A stretch of DNA of 63,753 bases, filler included, from Octopus bimaculoides (GCF_001194135.2; 8 parts of 6 records of this genome joined end to end with filler, not necessarily neighbours in it), one strand, 5' to 3'; positions 27,125 to 38,927 are shown, counted from the whole stretch's first letter. The notes: a model not told the origin generated them from the sequence alone. Numbers and translations: made by a program.

Positions 27125-27310
27125 TGTGGGGGTTGTTTGTGCTTATCCCACACGGCTGCTTGACAACCGGTGTTGGTTTGTTTATGTAACGCCTAACTTA
27201 ACAGTTCGGCAAAAAAGATACTGGGGTCTGTTTGTTCGACTAAATCCTTCAAGGCGGTGCCCCAGCATGGCCACGGTCCAATGATCAGAACAAGTAAAAA
27301 GAGAAAAGAA
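27125..27310 (+). mobile_element. SINE family A, 3' half
   Basis: CTTGACAACCGGTGTTGGTTTGTTTA...CAGCATGGCCAC...AACAAGTAAAAAGAG. Confidence 0.75.
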
Positions 27311-27806
27311 ATATTATTGCTACCAGTCATTTTGCTCTACCGATTTGATCATCATTTAACGTAAATAAAATTTTAAAAAAGGAAGACTTCAAACATTTGA
27401 TAATAGATAAATTAACTCGTTGTGACATGAATTAAGACATATGACTCGTTGCGACATATATTAAGATATACCACTCACTCTTTGTGACATAGATTAAGAT
27501 GTATCACTGAGTATTGGGGAAAAACATTTAAAGGTTAAAAAACATTGCCTTCTCATTAAGAATAGGCGTGGCAAATGACAAGTCGATATATCTTTGTCTC
27601 AGAATAAATAGGTTCTTGTATTTGTCGCAAACAACAACGACCTTATTGCTTTTATTGTTTTATTTTATTTTTTTTAATTCAAACTCGTTTTCTTTTTTCT
27701 TCGCTGCGAGTTCAAATCCCACTGAAGTCGACTTTTGATGGATAGGATGAAGCAAGAACTAATTTTTTTTTAATCACTTATTCAGAGCCTCTGTGCCAAA
27801 CTAAAG

Positions 27807-27950
27807 CAGCGGTTCTCAAGCGGAGTCCATATGGCCCTGGGGGGGAGGGGCTTCACAGAAGATTTTGTTGTTAAAATATATTTGCAATAAATTGCTTATA
27901 CTTCTGCAATGCACAAAATCGTTAAATTTTTTTTTACAAAATTCCTAATA
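27807..27950 (+). mobile_element. hAT-type MITE end (one terminus only)
   Basis: Begins CAGCGGTTCTCAA, a typical hAT TIR start; no partner TIR found. Confidence 0.5.
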
Positions 27951-28240
27951 AGGTGTGTCTGTATGATAAGAAGTCCAACCGCATGGTTCCGGGTTCAGTC
28001 CCACTGGGTGTTCCTTTGAGCAAAGCCTTGCGAGTGGATTTGGTAGACAGAAACTGCAAGTAACCCATCATATATATATATATACATGTATGTGTGTGTG
28101 GATGTGTGTGTATGCCTATGTTTGTCCCCCACCACTGGTTAGGCAAAAATTCCTGTGATCGATTTGTTCGACTAAAACTCTTCAAGGCGATGTCCCAGCA
28201 TGGCCACAATCAAATGACTGAAGCAAGTAAAAAAAAAGAA
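27950..28240 (+). mobile_element. SINE family A, internally deleted
   Basis: CATGGTTCCGGGTTCAGTCCCACTG head, GAGTGGATTTGGTAGAC core, CAGCATGGCCAC tail. Confidence 0.8.
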
Positions 28241-28489
28241 GATCAAAGAGTAGTATTTGATTATAAAAAAATAAAACAGTAGCATCATTTCTTTTTATAT
28301 ACGTCGGACGGCTATGAAGGTCCAGTTGAGTATAATAGCAACCAAAGGGATCTATAAGCCAAAACATCACTGGTCTAGAGGAATAGAGAATGTTTATCCC
28401 TAGATGCCTGTCCCCAATCCATAGAACAGATCAAACTCAGCTAAAGGACCAGGTAGTGATAATAAACCTGGCAAAGGGTTCAATACAGT

Positions 28490-28630
28490 TTCCGCCTCCA
28501 AATTCTACTCAGAAGTCTTTGGTCGACCCGAAGTTATGGTAGAAGACACTTGCTCAATGTTCCGTGTATTAGGATCGAAACTGAGACCACATAGTTGCTA
28601 ATCAAATTTCTCAACCACACAGCCATACCA
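28490..28630 (-). mobile_element. SINE family A, 5' half
   Basis: GTAGAAGACACTTGCTCAA...ACCACACAGCCA. Confidence 0.75.
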
Positions 28631-29034
28631 GTACACAATACGTTATGCCTTCCCCCATATTAATCGTTGTTGTAGTATCAAGATGTAAGGTCATTATTAT
28701 CACCTCACTAAACAGGAAGCTCCTGAAGATAATCACTCTGACTGTATAGAGCAACACCAGGAAGATAATCCCAGATTACGAGGCCTGCTTAGTATTCACC
28801 TGTTTTTGTTTTTTTTTTATGACGGTAAAGTAAAATTTGAGGAAGATTTGGTTTATATTTCTAGCTGGTTGACGACTATCGAGAGGCTTCTTTCTTATCA
28901 TGTATCCGGGGATAAACATTCTCTATTCCTCTGGACCAGTGATTCTCAACCATTTTGCTCGATTAGGCCTGACATGAATTTATTCTACAACAACCCAGGT
29001 TCCCAAAACATCATGCCATTATTTTTACTAGTTT

Positions 29035-29468
29035 TAAGGTGGTGAGCTGGCAGAATCGTTAGCACGCCGGGAGAAATGCTTAGCGGTATTTCGTCTGCCG
29101 CTACGTTCTGAGTTCAAATTCCGCCGAGGTGAACTTTGCCTTTCATCCTTTCGAGGGTCGATTAAATAAGTACCAGTTACGCACTGGGGTCGATATAATC
29201 GACTTAATCCGTTTGTCTGTCATTGTTTGTCCCCTCTGTGTGTAGCCCCTTGTGGGAAGTAAAGAAATAAAAATAATTAACACGCCGGGCAAAATGCTTC
29301 GTAGTATTTCGTCCGTCTTTACATTCTGAGTTCAAATTACGCCGAGGTCGACTTATCCTTTCGGAGTCGATAAAATAAGAACCGATTGACCATTTGTATC
29401 GATGTAATCGACTTATCCACCCCACAACCGCCCAGAAGTTGCTGACCTTGTGCCAAAATTCGAAGGCA
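29035..29468 (+). mobile_element. Two tandem SINE family B copies
   Basis: Full copy at 29035-29275 followed by a 5'-truncated copy starting CACGCCGGGCAAAATGC. Confidence 0.85.
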
Positions 29469-29544
29469 TTATTTTTCTTGCTTGGTTTAATCATTGGGGA
29501 GTGGCTAAGCTGGGGCATCTTTTTGTCTGGTATCTTAGTCATAG

Positions 29545-29830
29545 TCTAAGTCTATCGGTGTCTTATTGTCAAACCGCTATGTTACGATAACGTAAGCAAA
29601 CCAACACCTGCTGTCAAGCAATGGCGGTGGAACAAACACAAGTACACACACAAACACACCCACAAACACATATACGACGGGATTCCATAAACTTTCCGTC
29701 TCCCAAATTCTCACAAAGCATTGATCGATCCGCAGTTGTAGTAAAAGACACTTACCCAAAGTGCCGCGCAGTGGGGCTGAACCCGAATCTTCGTGGTTAC
29801 CAAGCGAGCTTCTTACACACACAGCCATGC
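29545..29830 (-). mobile_element. SINE family A, ~260 bp upstream of the bHLH ATG, divergently oriented
   Basis: AAAGACACTTACCCAAAGTGCCGCGCAGTGGGGCTGAACCC...ACACAGCCATGCC. Confidence 0.8.
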
Positions 29831-30091
29831 CAAGTATTATTTATTTATTTACTTATTTATTATATATATTTTGAAATATTATCGATGGACAAATTTTGAT
29901 TAATACTTTTTCTTCTTTTTCTAGAAAATTCGAGGCCGAAACTATACCGAAGCCCCGTTTATTCAATACCAACAGATATTTCCCACAGTTCATAACATAT
30001 TTATTCACATATTTATTTTGCTCGTATATCCGTGTGTCTCCTGGAGTATACTCCGAACCAAATCTGTAATCTTTATTAAGCGGGGGCCATA

Positions 30092-30385
30092 ATGCCCCGG
30101 AAAAGGAAAGAAATGGAATTTGACAATGAACTAGGATTTCAATCTCCGAAACATAAACCCCTTCAGAGAAATGCAGCCAACGCTCGTGAGAGAGCGCGCA
30201 TGAGGGTTCTAAGCAAAGCTTTTTCCAAACTAAAAACCACTCTACCGTGGGTACCACCGGACACTAAATTATCTAAATTGGACACTTTACGTCTGGCTGC
30301 CAGTTATATCGCACATCTCCGGCAAATCTTAGACACAGAAGAAGTGGAAACACCGCAGCACGGATATATACATCCAATCAATTTG
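30092..30385 (+). CDS. TCF21: Exon 1 of a TCF21/musculin (MyoRa, HLH54F-type) bHLH transcription factor, 98 codons
   Basis: [56 protein letters not shown]...GYIHPINL is nearly identical to the TCF21/MSC bHLH. ATG in GCCATAATG context with an in-frame stop at 30077; GTGAGT donor at 30386, phase 0, as in vertebrate TCF21 (next exon normally TWPF). TCF21 and MSC are co-orthologs. Confidence 0.93.
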
Positions 30386-31258
30386 GTGAGTCCGCTTTAC
30401 CTCGTCGTTGTTGTTATTGTTGTTGGTTTTATGCTGTTGTTTTTGTTGTTATTGTTGCTGTTGTTTAGCCTCGAATTATCCTTAATCCAGCAGACGTATG
30501 ACTGAAGGTATTCCGACCATGTCAATTTAGCATTTTTTCAGATATTATATATGTACGGAACAAAGTTATATTTCACTGAAGAGGCCAAAATCAGTCCGAA
30601 ACACGAGAAACGTTTTTCTCCAAGACATGACGGCAAAAATTATAAGAATAATGATTGTAAGAAACTCTGGGGAGAGCCAAACAGCAGAAGGTCTTCAAAG
30701 AAGCTCCTCCCTGTCATGCAAGTGTTGGCTCTTAACTCCTTACGCACTAAGGGTGTCGGGCCGCATCCAGGTTATGACACTGGGATACCCCACCGCTGTC
30801 ACATTCTGTGCCATTGTCTACATTGTAGTCCTTTGTATGCGGTGCTCATCTGCGACGTATGATTCTTTAATAGAGCTACACAGTTTTGTTTTCAATCAAG
30901 CTAGGTACAGCTATATTATGATTCGTGTGGGTTTGTGCTTATCATGTCACTCTTATGATATAACAGATGTAAAACTAAAATTGTATTAGTGCTGGATTTG
31001 TCGTAAACTCTTTGTCTATGTCCTCTCTTTCTCTATCTCTCTCTTTCTCTCTCTCTCTCTCTNNNNNNNNNNNNNNNNNNNNNNNNNNNNNNNNNNNNNN
31101 NNNNNNNNNNNNNNNNNNNNNNNNNNNNNNNNNNNNNNNNNNNNNNNNNNNNNNNNNNNNNNNNNNNNNNNNNNNNNNNNNNNNNNNNNNNNNNNNNNNN
31201 NNNNNNNNNNNNNNNNNNNNNNNNNNNNNNNNNNNNNNNNNNNNNNNNNNNNNNNNNN

Positions 31259-31565
31259 CCGAGGTGAACTTTGCCTTTTAACTTTTCGGGGGTCGATGTT
31301 ATAGACTTATTCCCTGCCCCAAAATAGCTGCCCCTGTGGCAAAATTTGAAACCATCATCATCATCATCATCATATTAGCTGGCAGAATCGTTAGTACGCT
31401 GGGTGAAATACCTAGTGGTATTTCGTCTGCCGCTACGTTCTGAGTTCAAATTCCGCCGAGGTGAACTTTGCCTTTTAACTTTTCGGGGGTCGATGTTATA
31501 GACTTATTCCCTGCCCCAAAATAGCTGCCCCTGTGGCAAAATTTGAAACCATCATCATCATCATC
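31259..31565 (+). mobile_element. SINE family B tandem duplicate (197 bp period) next to a gap
   Basis: 31259-31370 is identical to 31456 onward. Confidence 0.8.
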
Positions 31566-31651
31566 ATCACCACCATCATCATCATTATAATTATTATTAT
31601 TATATGTTTGACTTTTGCATTAACACGGGACCAGTGAACAGAAAAAATACG

Positions 31652-31815
31652 ATGGTCCCTTAACCAAGCAAACGCCGCTAATTAGCGTCTTCTCTACTGG
31701 ACAAAGTGGAGATTATCAAGAAAATATGTGACGGAGGAAGCTTCGCCGCTGTGAGCCAGAAGCTGGTAGTCAATGAATCCATTATTCGTTCCTTTTACAA
31801 AGTGCGTGGAGATGA
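31652..31815 (+). pseudogene. Tigger/pogo transposase N-terminal CENP-B-type HTH remnant
   Basis: SKRR*LASSLLDKVEIIKKICDGGSFAAVSQKLVVNESIIRSFYK resembles KRK.LT..EKVEII..LE.G.S...VAR..GVNESTIR.I.K; in-frame stops present. Confidence 0.65.
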
Positions 31816-32239
31816 TCCTTTTATCACTGATTCATTTATCAGTTTTGTTTTGTTTTTCTGTAACCATCTTCAAGTGATAAACGAGGACAGATGTAATCCA
31901 TCTAGGGCTTTTAGTTTTTCTAAGCTTTGTGTTTTTAGTTATCAGTTGCTATGTTACAGCCTCACCAAAACTTTTTTTTTTCTTCTTTTTGTTAGGTTTG
32001 GTTTTCCCAATGTTCTTTGTGGCGATATCTTTGCCCGTTTATTTTTTTGCTTTGTATTGTTTTTATTTATTATTTTAGGTTTCTCTTTAAGTTAATTAGA
32101 TGTCCTAACGATTTTTTTAATTTTTCGTGTTTGTAAATTTGAGCAAGTTAGTTGCTTGGCTCTATTCTCTACTGACGCTGACGCTGACGCTCGAGTATAC
32201 GCGTATATGCATATCTATGTATATATACATACACACACA

Positions 32240-32331
<92 letters not shown>

Positions 32332-32521
32332 CAGATATAGATATATTTGTATGTGTATATACATGTATGTATATATACATGTATGTGTATATACATGTAT
32401 GTGGTCGACGTTATTTTTTAAAATGTATGTATATATATGTATGTATATATGTGTGCATGTATGCATATATGTATGTATATATACATATACAAACACATGC
32501 ACGCACGCACACGCACACACA

Positions 32522-32556
<35 letters not shown>

Positions 32557-32566
32557 ATATGGATAT

Positions 32567-32610
<44 letters not shown>

Positions 32611-32715
32611 GTTTAGCGTATGTATGAATGCATGTGTATGTATGGTGTTTTCTGGTGAAAGAGATTGCAGAAAACAAGACACACAAACACACACACACAT
32701 ACATACATACATACA

Positions 32716-32751
<36 letters not shown>

Positions 32752-32995
32752 TAAACAGCTATTACTGAAAACAAAAATAATAAAAGCACACACACATACA
32801 CACACACACACACACATATGAAATATGTCCTCAGAACGAAACGACATAGAGATTATTCAAAGAAATAGCAATGACCAATTATCCCAAAGAATCTTACGAC
32901 ACTTCGTGGAATGTTGGCCCACCCAAAGAAATCGGGTTGGAATGGAGGAATGATGGAGATTAGAGAGAGGGGGAGAGAGAACAAGGAAGAGATAA

Positions 32996-33058
<63 letters not shown>

Positions 33059-33158
33059 NNNNNNNNNNNNNNNNNNNNNNNNNNNNNNNNNNNNNNNNNN
33101 NNTTAATTAATTAANNNNNNNNNNNNNNNNNNNNNNNNNNNNNNNNNNNNNNNNNNNN

Positions 33159-33194
<36 letters not shown>

Positions 33195-33197
<3 letters not shown>

Positions 33198-33305
33198 TCA
33201 TCATCATCATCATTTAATGTCCGATTTCCATACTAGCATGAGATGGACGATTTGACTGAGGACTGGCGAACCAGATGGCTGCACTAGGCTCCAATCTGAT
33301 CTGGC
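33195..33305 (-). mobile_element. RTE-type LINE/SINE 3' tail with (ATC)n; related pieces at ~36045-36170 and ~59115-59320
   Basis: CATCATCATTTAATGTCCGATTTCCATACTAGCATG... shared among the three sites. Confidence 0.65.
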
Positions 33306-33369
33306 ACACACACACACATATACATATGGTAAATGAAATACAGAAGATGGAATATACAAGAATTTATTA

Positions 33370-33478
33370 TTAATCACGATAATGTTTCGACACATCTAGC
33401 ATTGATCCCAGAGGTGGGACACTTAACAACTGGTTCAGGAGCATCCAACAGTGGTGATGTGTCTCATCAGGTGATAAA
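33370..33478 (-). ncRNA. Type I hammerhead ribozyme at the PLE 3' end
   Basis: TTTATCAC CTGATGA GACACATC-(59 nt)-GATGTGTC GAAAC ATT ATC GTGATTAA. Perfect 8 bp stem II, AUC triplet at 33378; C15.2.A16.2 mismatch. Confidence 0.75.
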
Positions 33479-35048
33479 TAGTCACAGCTCAATAAAATAA
33501 CAGTTCTGCAAAATATCTTCTCATTTCATAGAAAAAAAAGCAGCAAAATGAAAGAAATATCTTCATTTACAAAGAAGATTAAAAATAAAATTACAGATGA
33601 AAAACGAAATGAACACGCAATACAGCGAGAAAAGTATTAAAAATAACTATTAACAAATATGAATGTATAAATGCTCTTGCACAAGCTGCATGGCATGTGT
33701 ACACTGGCTCATACCAGAATTTGTGAAAATGTAAGCATACACACAAGTGTGGTTTGGTGCACTCACTATCACAAAGTGAGTTAAATAGTTACTTGGTGTT
33801 TATAAGAACGGGGAGGTTAAAACTAATCATAATTTATCCGTACCTTAAAGTAAATTATGTTAACAAATTCATTCTCACTGTATTGTGCGAAAGTACAGTT
33901 ATATGCATGTAGGCATCTTGAGAGTCTTTCAGAAATTCTATTAATGATCTCATTGGTCCACAAAATAGACAGGGATTCCTCGGAGCATAGTTGGCATCTC
34001 CTGGAAATGGTATTGTATGGTTTCACGTGCCTTACAAAATCAGCCAAAGATGATGAATGTCGCTTATTGATTTGCTTAAAGCTGGCAACATGGTTGCGAT
34101 AACAATTCTTAAATGGATCAGCCATCTGTCCAGTGTAAACATACAGCCCTACCCGTGTGTGCACAGTACATTTATTTACAAGATTTGTACTCATACAGAG
34201 GTTCATCAATGGGCATTTTGATTTTTCTCTGCATGAACATTTATCATATTTATTTATGGCAGTTCCGACTCCATATTCTGACGTTGTTATTGTGTTAGTT
34301 ATATCATAAGCATTTCTACTATTGCAAGTTGGCTTTTGCTATTGTAATTGGTGCTTTTCATTGCAGTTTATATCTCTTTTGTTGGTATTTATATGTTTAT
34401 GTTTGCTAGATCCAGTATGTGGGTTATTGAACCTGTGTCACATTTTACTATTGTTTACGTAGTGCATAATCTGCTCTAAATTAGCAGAGTTAGTATAGTA
34501 TACCTTCACAGTGTGCCAATTAAAAATATCATGATATTGGTTGGATTTAGGAAAACATTTGTCCAAAGCAGCGAAAAATTTTCCAATGATATTGGTTGAA
34601 ACATACTAACCGAAAATTTGGTCGAACCAGAGAACATCTTGATTGCTATATCTGTTGCTAAGCTTATTTGATCGAGTGTGTTGTACAGGATTGGAACAAT
34701 TTAGTGTTACAAGCAGTTGAATTATTATGTTGTGTGTGTCTATGAGCTTTTGTTGGTAGTTCATTGTCTTGAACAATTCTTCCTGGCCGGTATTCTTTAT
34801 CTGAGTGAGTTCTTATGCCGTGATGTTGTGGTGGTGTACAATGTACATTACTATTGGAGGAATTACCAGTGGTGTGTAAACCTGCTTTTTGTATATATAA
34901 AATTTTCCTATGGTACCCAGCCCTAGCTAAAGCAACATTATAATAAGTTGCATGTGGTTTGGAAATTTTATTATTAACAGATAATCTAGAAATTCTTATA
35001 GAAATATTCTTAATTAATCACTGTTTTATTGAGGGAGGATGGTTGGAT

Positions 35049-35050
<2 letters not shown>
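33370..35050 (-). mobile_element. Penelope-like element (Neptune-type), RT thumb, Cys linker, GIY-YIG and 3' HHR, decayed
   Basis: SNHPPSI...RISRLS.NNKIF, GKFFAALDKCFPKSNQYHDIFNWHTVKV, CSCREKSKCPLMNLC..NLV.KCTV, FKNCYRNHVASFK, KPYNTISRRCQLCSEE. Confidence 0.85.
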
Positions 35051-35080
<30 letters not shown>

Positions 35081-35230
35081 TTCTTAATTAATCCCTGTTT
35101 TNNNNNNNNNNNNNNNNNNNNNNNNNNNNNNNNNNNNNNNNNNNNNNNNNNNNNNNNNNNNNNNNNNNNNNNNNNNNNNNNNNNNNNNNNNNNNNNNNNN
35201 NNNNNNNNNNNNNNNNNNNNNNNNNNNNNN

Positions 35231-35358
35231 ATAATCCAACCATCCTCCCTCAATAATACAGGGATTAATTAAGAATATTTCTACAAGAATTTCTAGATTA
35301 TCCGCTAATAATAAAATTTTTATACAAAATGCAGGCTGGTAATTCCTCCAATAGTAAT
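35231..35358 (+). mobile_element. Inverted, internally deleted copy of the PLE 5'-truncation segment (34847-35050)
   Basis: ATAATCCAACCATCCTCCCTCAATAA...AATTCCTCCAATAGTAAT is the reverse complement of the left segment across an N-gap. Confidence 0.8.
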
Positions 35359-36177
35359 ACACAGCCATTTGCACAATGATTTTCTTTTTTCATAACTTTC
35401 AGAAAAATGCGTATTTCTCAATGCAATTTTCTACAAATACACTTCAGATGGTATAGATTTTCATCATACTGGAATTTATTGTGAAATAAATATTTTCAAA
35501 AAAAAAAATGTGATGTTTGTTAGTATGTATGTGTGCTATCCCATCAAGTTTTACTTCCCACTGCCCTGAAAAAATGCTTTTTATTTCAGAACAAATTCCA
35601 ATATTGTTGGAATCTACATCATCTGAATCATATTTGTAGAAAATTTCACTAAAAGATATTGATTGTTCTGGAAGTTATGTGGAAACAAAATCAGAGGGGC
35701 ACATTTGTATATGTATACCCATTAGTTTAACGAAGGTAATATTAAGATTACATTGCTATTATATCTCTACATATCAGCTTGTTTCACTTCACTTTCATTT
35801 TGTATGTAAAAATATTTAGTTATGTAACTAATTATGTATAAGCAAAAATATACTTCCTTAATTCAATTTGCATCAAAAGAGTGACAATACAATTAACGAA
35901 ATAAACTCAATTCTTCACTAGACATAATGTAAATATGATAATGGTATTTATGATGATATTTTGTTTAGTAACAAATACTAACTGTAATTAAAGCTAAACT
36001 GCATCATATTGTATGTGTGTGTGTGTGCATATAATAATCATCATCATTGTTTAATGTCTGCCTTCCATGCTGGCATGAGTGGGATGGTTTGACTTGGAGC
36101 CAGTCAGGCGGAAGCCTGCACTAGACTTTTGTGTCTGTTTTGGCAGGGATGCCCTTCCTGACACCAACTACCCAGCA

Positions 36178-36209
<32 letters not shown>

Positions 36210-36828
36210 GTGTATGTATGTATGTATATATATAGAAACAATATTATTTCTAAATCTCTCAAAGAGAGATATTCAATAACAGTTCTATAATGTAAAGACT
36301 ATTTGATAACATAATGTAGCTGTCCCGGAAGGGATGAAGGGATGATTGTTATCCTTTCCAGCTGGCTATATGACACAATATCTGTCCTTATATTTTCGAA
36401 TAGGGAGTCCAGCACCCCCACCTGTGGACTGGTTTCTGGATTATTACCCTTTATCAACACAGAGCAACTGCTTAGCTTGGTGGCGTTACTGAATTCCCAT
36501 TCAAAAATATATAGTTTTCAAAGTGACACACAATCACTGATCTAATAAACAGAAATTTATTGGCAGTTTTTAGGTTGTAATTTTTCACTGCTTTATAAAT
36601 GCACATTCTTTTAACATAATTGCATTTCATCTTACAGCTCTACTTTACATTTTTCTCTTGTTGATGTTTGAGCTTCATTTATGTTGCATGTCTTGCCAGC
36701 ATTCTTCCCACATGCATGCCATATATATATTTTTATGCATATACACAATAAGAATATATGATACAATCCATTGTAAAACAATGTTATCTTAAAGATAGCA
36801 TGTTTGTTCTAGAATATATATATATAAA

Positions 36829-37900
36829 TTGGGTTGACAACTAAGTTCCAGCCGTTATTTTAAATTCAACTTTTTGAAGGTCTAATAAAAAATAACAATT
36901 AATTAATCAATAATATATTCACCCTTGTTGATTACAACTTCTTCCCAAAGTTCAACAAGATTTTCAAACCTCGTTGGTAGAAACCATCCGATTTCGACTC
37001 GACAAATTGATCCAAGCTCTCAATTCTGCATCATTATTGAACAAAACTCTGTACATAGCATTTGAAAGAGATTGAAAGAGGTGGAAACAGGAGAGTATGG
37101 CGGGTGTGGCAGCACTTCTCAGCCATGCGTTTGAATGGCTTCCTTGGTCATATTGGCGATATGAGGGCGGGCGTTGTCGTGCAGCAGAAGAACTTCATGC
37201 TACTGATTAGGTCTTTTCTCTTGAATTGCTGTGCTGAGTCATTCATTCTGTTGAACATTTGGTTTGGTTCGGTTCAAGCAATTCATAATGGATAATTCCT
37301 TTCCAGTCCCACCATATGCACAACATCGTTTTATGCTGATGAAGATCTTGTTTCACGCGCAGTGTTGCTTGTTTACTGAGGCTAAGCCATTTCTTATGCT
37401 ACTTCATATTGATGTACAGGCACCATTTTTCGTCGCCAGTAACGATTCAGTAAAGAAATCATTGCTTGTGTCCATGAGTTGAGTAGTGACGAGTAAGCAA
37501 ACCAGTGGAGATTGTGGCTCGTTGATTTTTGTTGTTGTCACTTAAAGCATGCGGAACCCATGCTCCATACTTCTGAACCTTTCCCATCGAGTGAAAATGC
37601 TTCTCTATAGCAGTGTGGGAGAATTCCATTTTCTCTGTCAGTTCCCTTGTCGTTTGGCAAGAATTTTCATGCAAAAGTTGGTTTAATCGCTCTTCATCGA
37701 ACTCAACTGGACGGCCAGAATGAGGTGCGTCTTTGAGGTCAAAATTTCCATTTTTGAACTTGGCATACCAATCACGAGTGATTCTTTCAGCCATGGCATC
37801 CTCTCCATACACNNNNNNNNNNAAAAAATAGATTCCAAATTTAAAAGTGCAATAAATTCCAAAATTAAAAAAAACGGCGGGAACTTAGTTGCTAACCCAA
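36829..37900 (-). mobile_element. Mariner (D,D34D) transposon with both TIRs and a decayed transposase
   Basis: TIRs TTGGGTTGACAACTAAGTTCC.GCCGTT and reverse complement ending 37900, followed by TA; RDWYAKFKNGNFDLKDAPHSGRP, WVPHAL, IVTGDEKW, MLCIWWD. Confidence 0.92.
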
Positions 37901-37929
37901 TATATGTATATAGGGGGCTCTGAAAGGGG

Positions 37930-38369
37930 TCTCAGTCCCTGCCATCCTGAGCTAGTTTCCCCCCACATTTCTTAAAAATTGTGGTAGAGTTCTTGGTCTC
38001 AGATCCACTCATGTCTAGAAACTGAGGTTGGGGGTAAACAAGGGCATGCTCCCCATAGAAAATCCAGCTACAAAAAGCCTCATGATTATAGCAAAGGATG
38101 ATGAATACCAGCCAGCCCAAAGGTTGGGATGGACTGCACCTGCCTACCTGAAAAAGGAAGGTACAAACCCTCATCCTGGATTGCGCAGGCATGACTTGCC
38201 TTATGATGGCCGATGACCTGAGAAGAAACTTGGAGTAATGTTGGGAAGTTAGAATGTGAACAGTCTGTGTGGAAGGGGAATTGAGGTGTGTGAGGAATTG
38301 AGGAAGAGGAAGGTGGATGTGTGTTGTGTGCAGGAGGTGGAGGGGCCAGGGTGCAAGATTTGTTGGGGT
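37930..38369 (+). mobile_element. RTE-clade LINE 5'UTR and AP endonuclease start, truncated
   Basis: NVNSLCGRGIEVCEELRKRKVDVCCVQEV(RW)RGQGARFVG; AAGGGCAT.C.CC.TAGAAA UTR motif. Confidence 0.8.
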
Positions 38370-38499
38370 CTTACATTCGTGTCGGATGCAAAAGTTTTGC
38401 TTCCATTATTGCATCCGACACAGCATTGCTTTGCAAACTTATTGAGCTTGTCATTCTTTGTTTTAACAAAACAATTTTTGTTTTTTCATTGTATAATTT

Positions 38500-38670
38500 T
38501 AGCCATGTTTTCTGGGTTCGGCGGCCATCCTGTTTCCGCGCCCTCTACAATCTTTCCTTGTTTCGTGCTATGCACTCGGGGGGAGACATTGTAGTGGCGC
38601 GTGTGGCCGCCATCTTGGGAAGTGCCATTGCGCATGTGCAAGGGACTTGCCGTCAGCGGAAGTACCCGAG
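38500..38670 (-). promoter_or_regulatory. CpG-rich cluster of YY1-, NRF1- and ETS-like motifs next to a gap (host promoter or element-internal promoter)
   Basis: GCCGCCATCTTG 38606-17, TGCGCATGTGCA 38629-40, CGGAAGT 38657-63, ATTGTAGT (ACTACAAT reverse) 38588-95. Confidence 0.45.
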
Positions 38671-38771
38671 ANNNNNNNNNNNNNNNNNNNNNNNNNNNNN
38701 NNNNNNNNNNNNNNNTTAATTAATTAANNNNNNNNNNNNNNNNNNNNNNNNNNNNNNNNNNNNNNNNNNNN

Positions 38772-38802
<31 letters not shown>

Positions 38803-38807
38803 CTTTG

Positions 38808-38842
<35 letters not shown>

Positions 38843-38857
38843 CTATCTATCTCTTTG

Positions 38858-38927
<70 letters not shown>

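Noticed and set aside
28715-28795. CTGAAGA-TAATC...GATTA-C-GAGG
   Set aside because: GAAA and the cleavage triplet are absent; too degenerate to support.
30571-30615. CTGAAGA-GGCC...GTCC-GAAAC in intron 1 of the bHLH gene
   Set aside because: No NUH triplet in register with a stem I, and stem II is mismatched; at best a dead relic.
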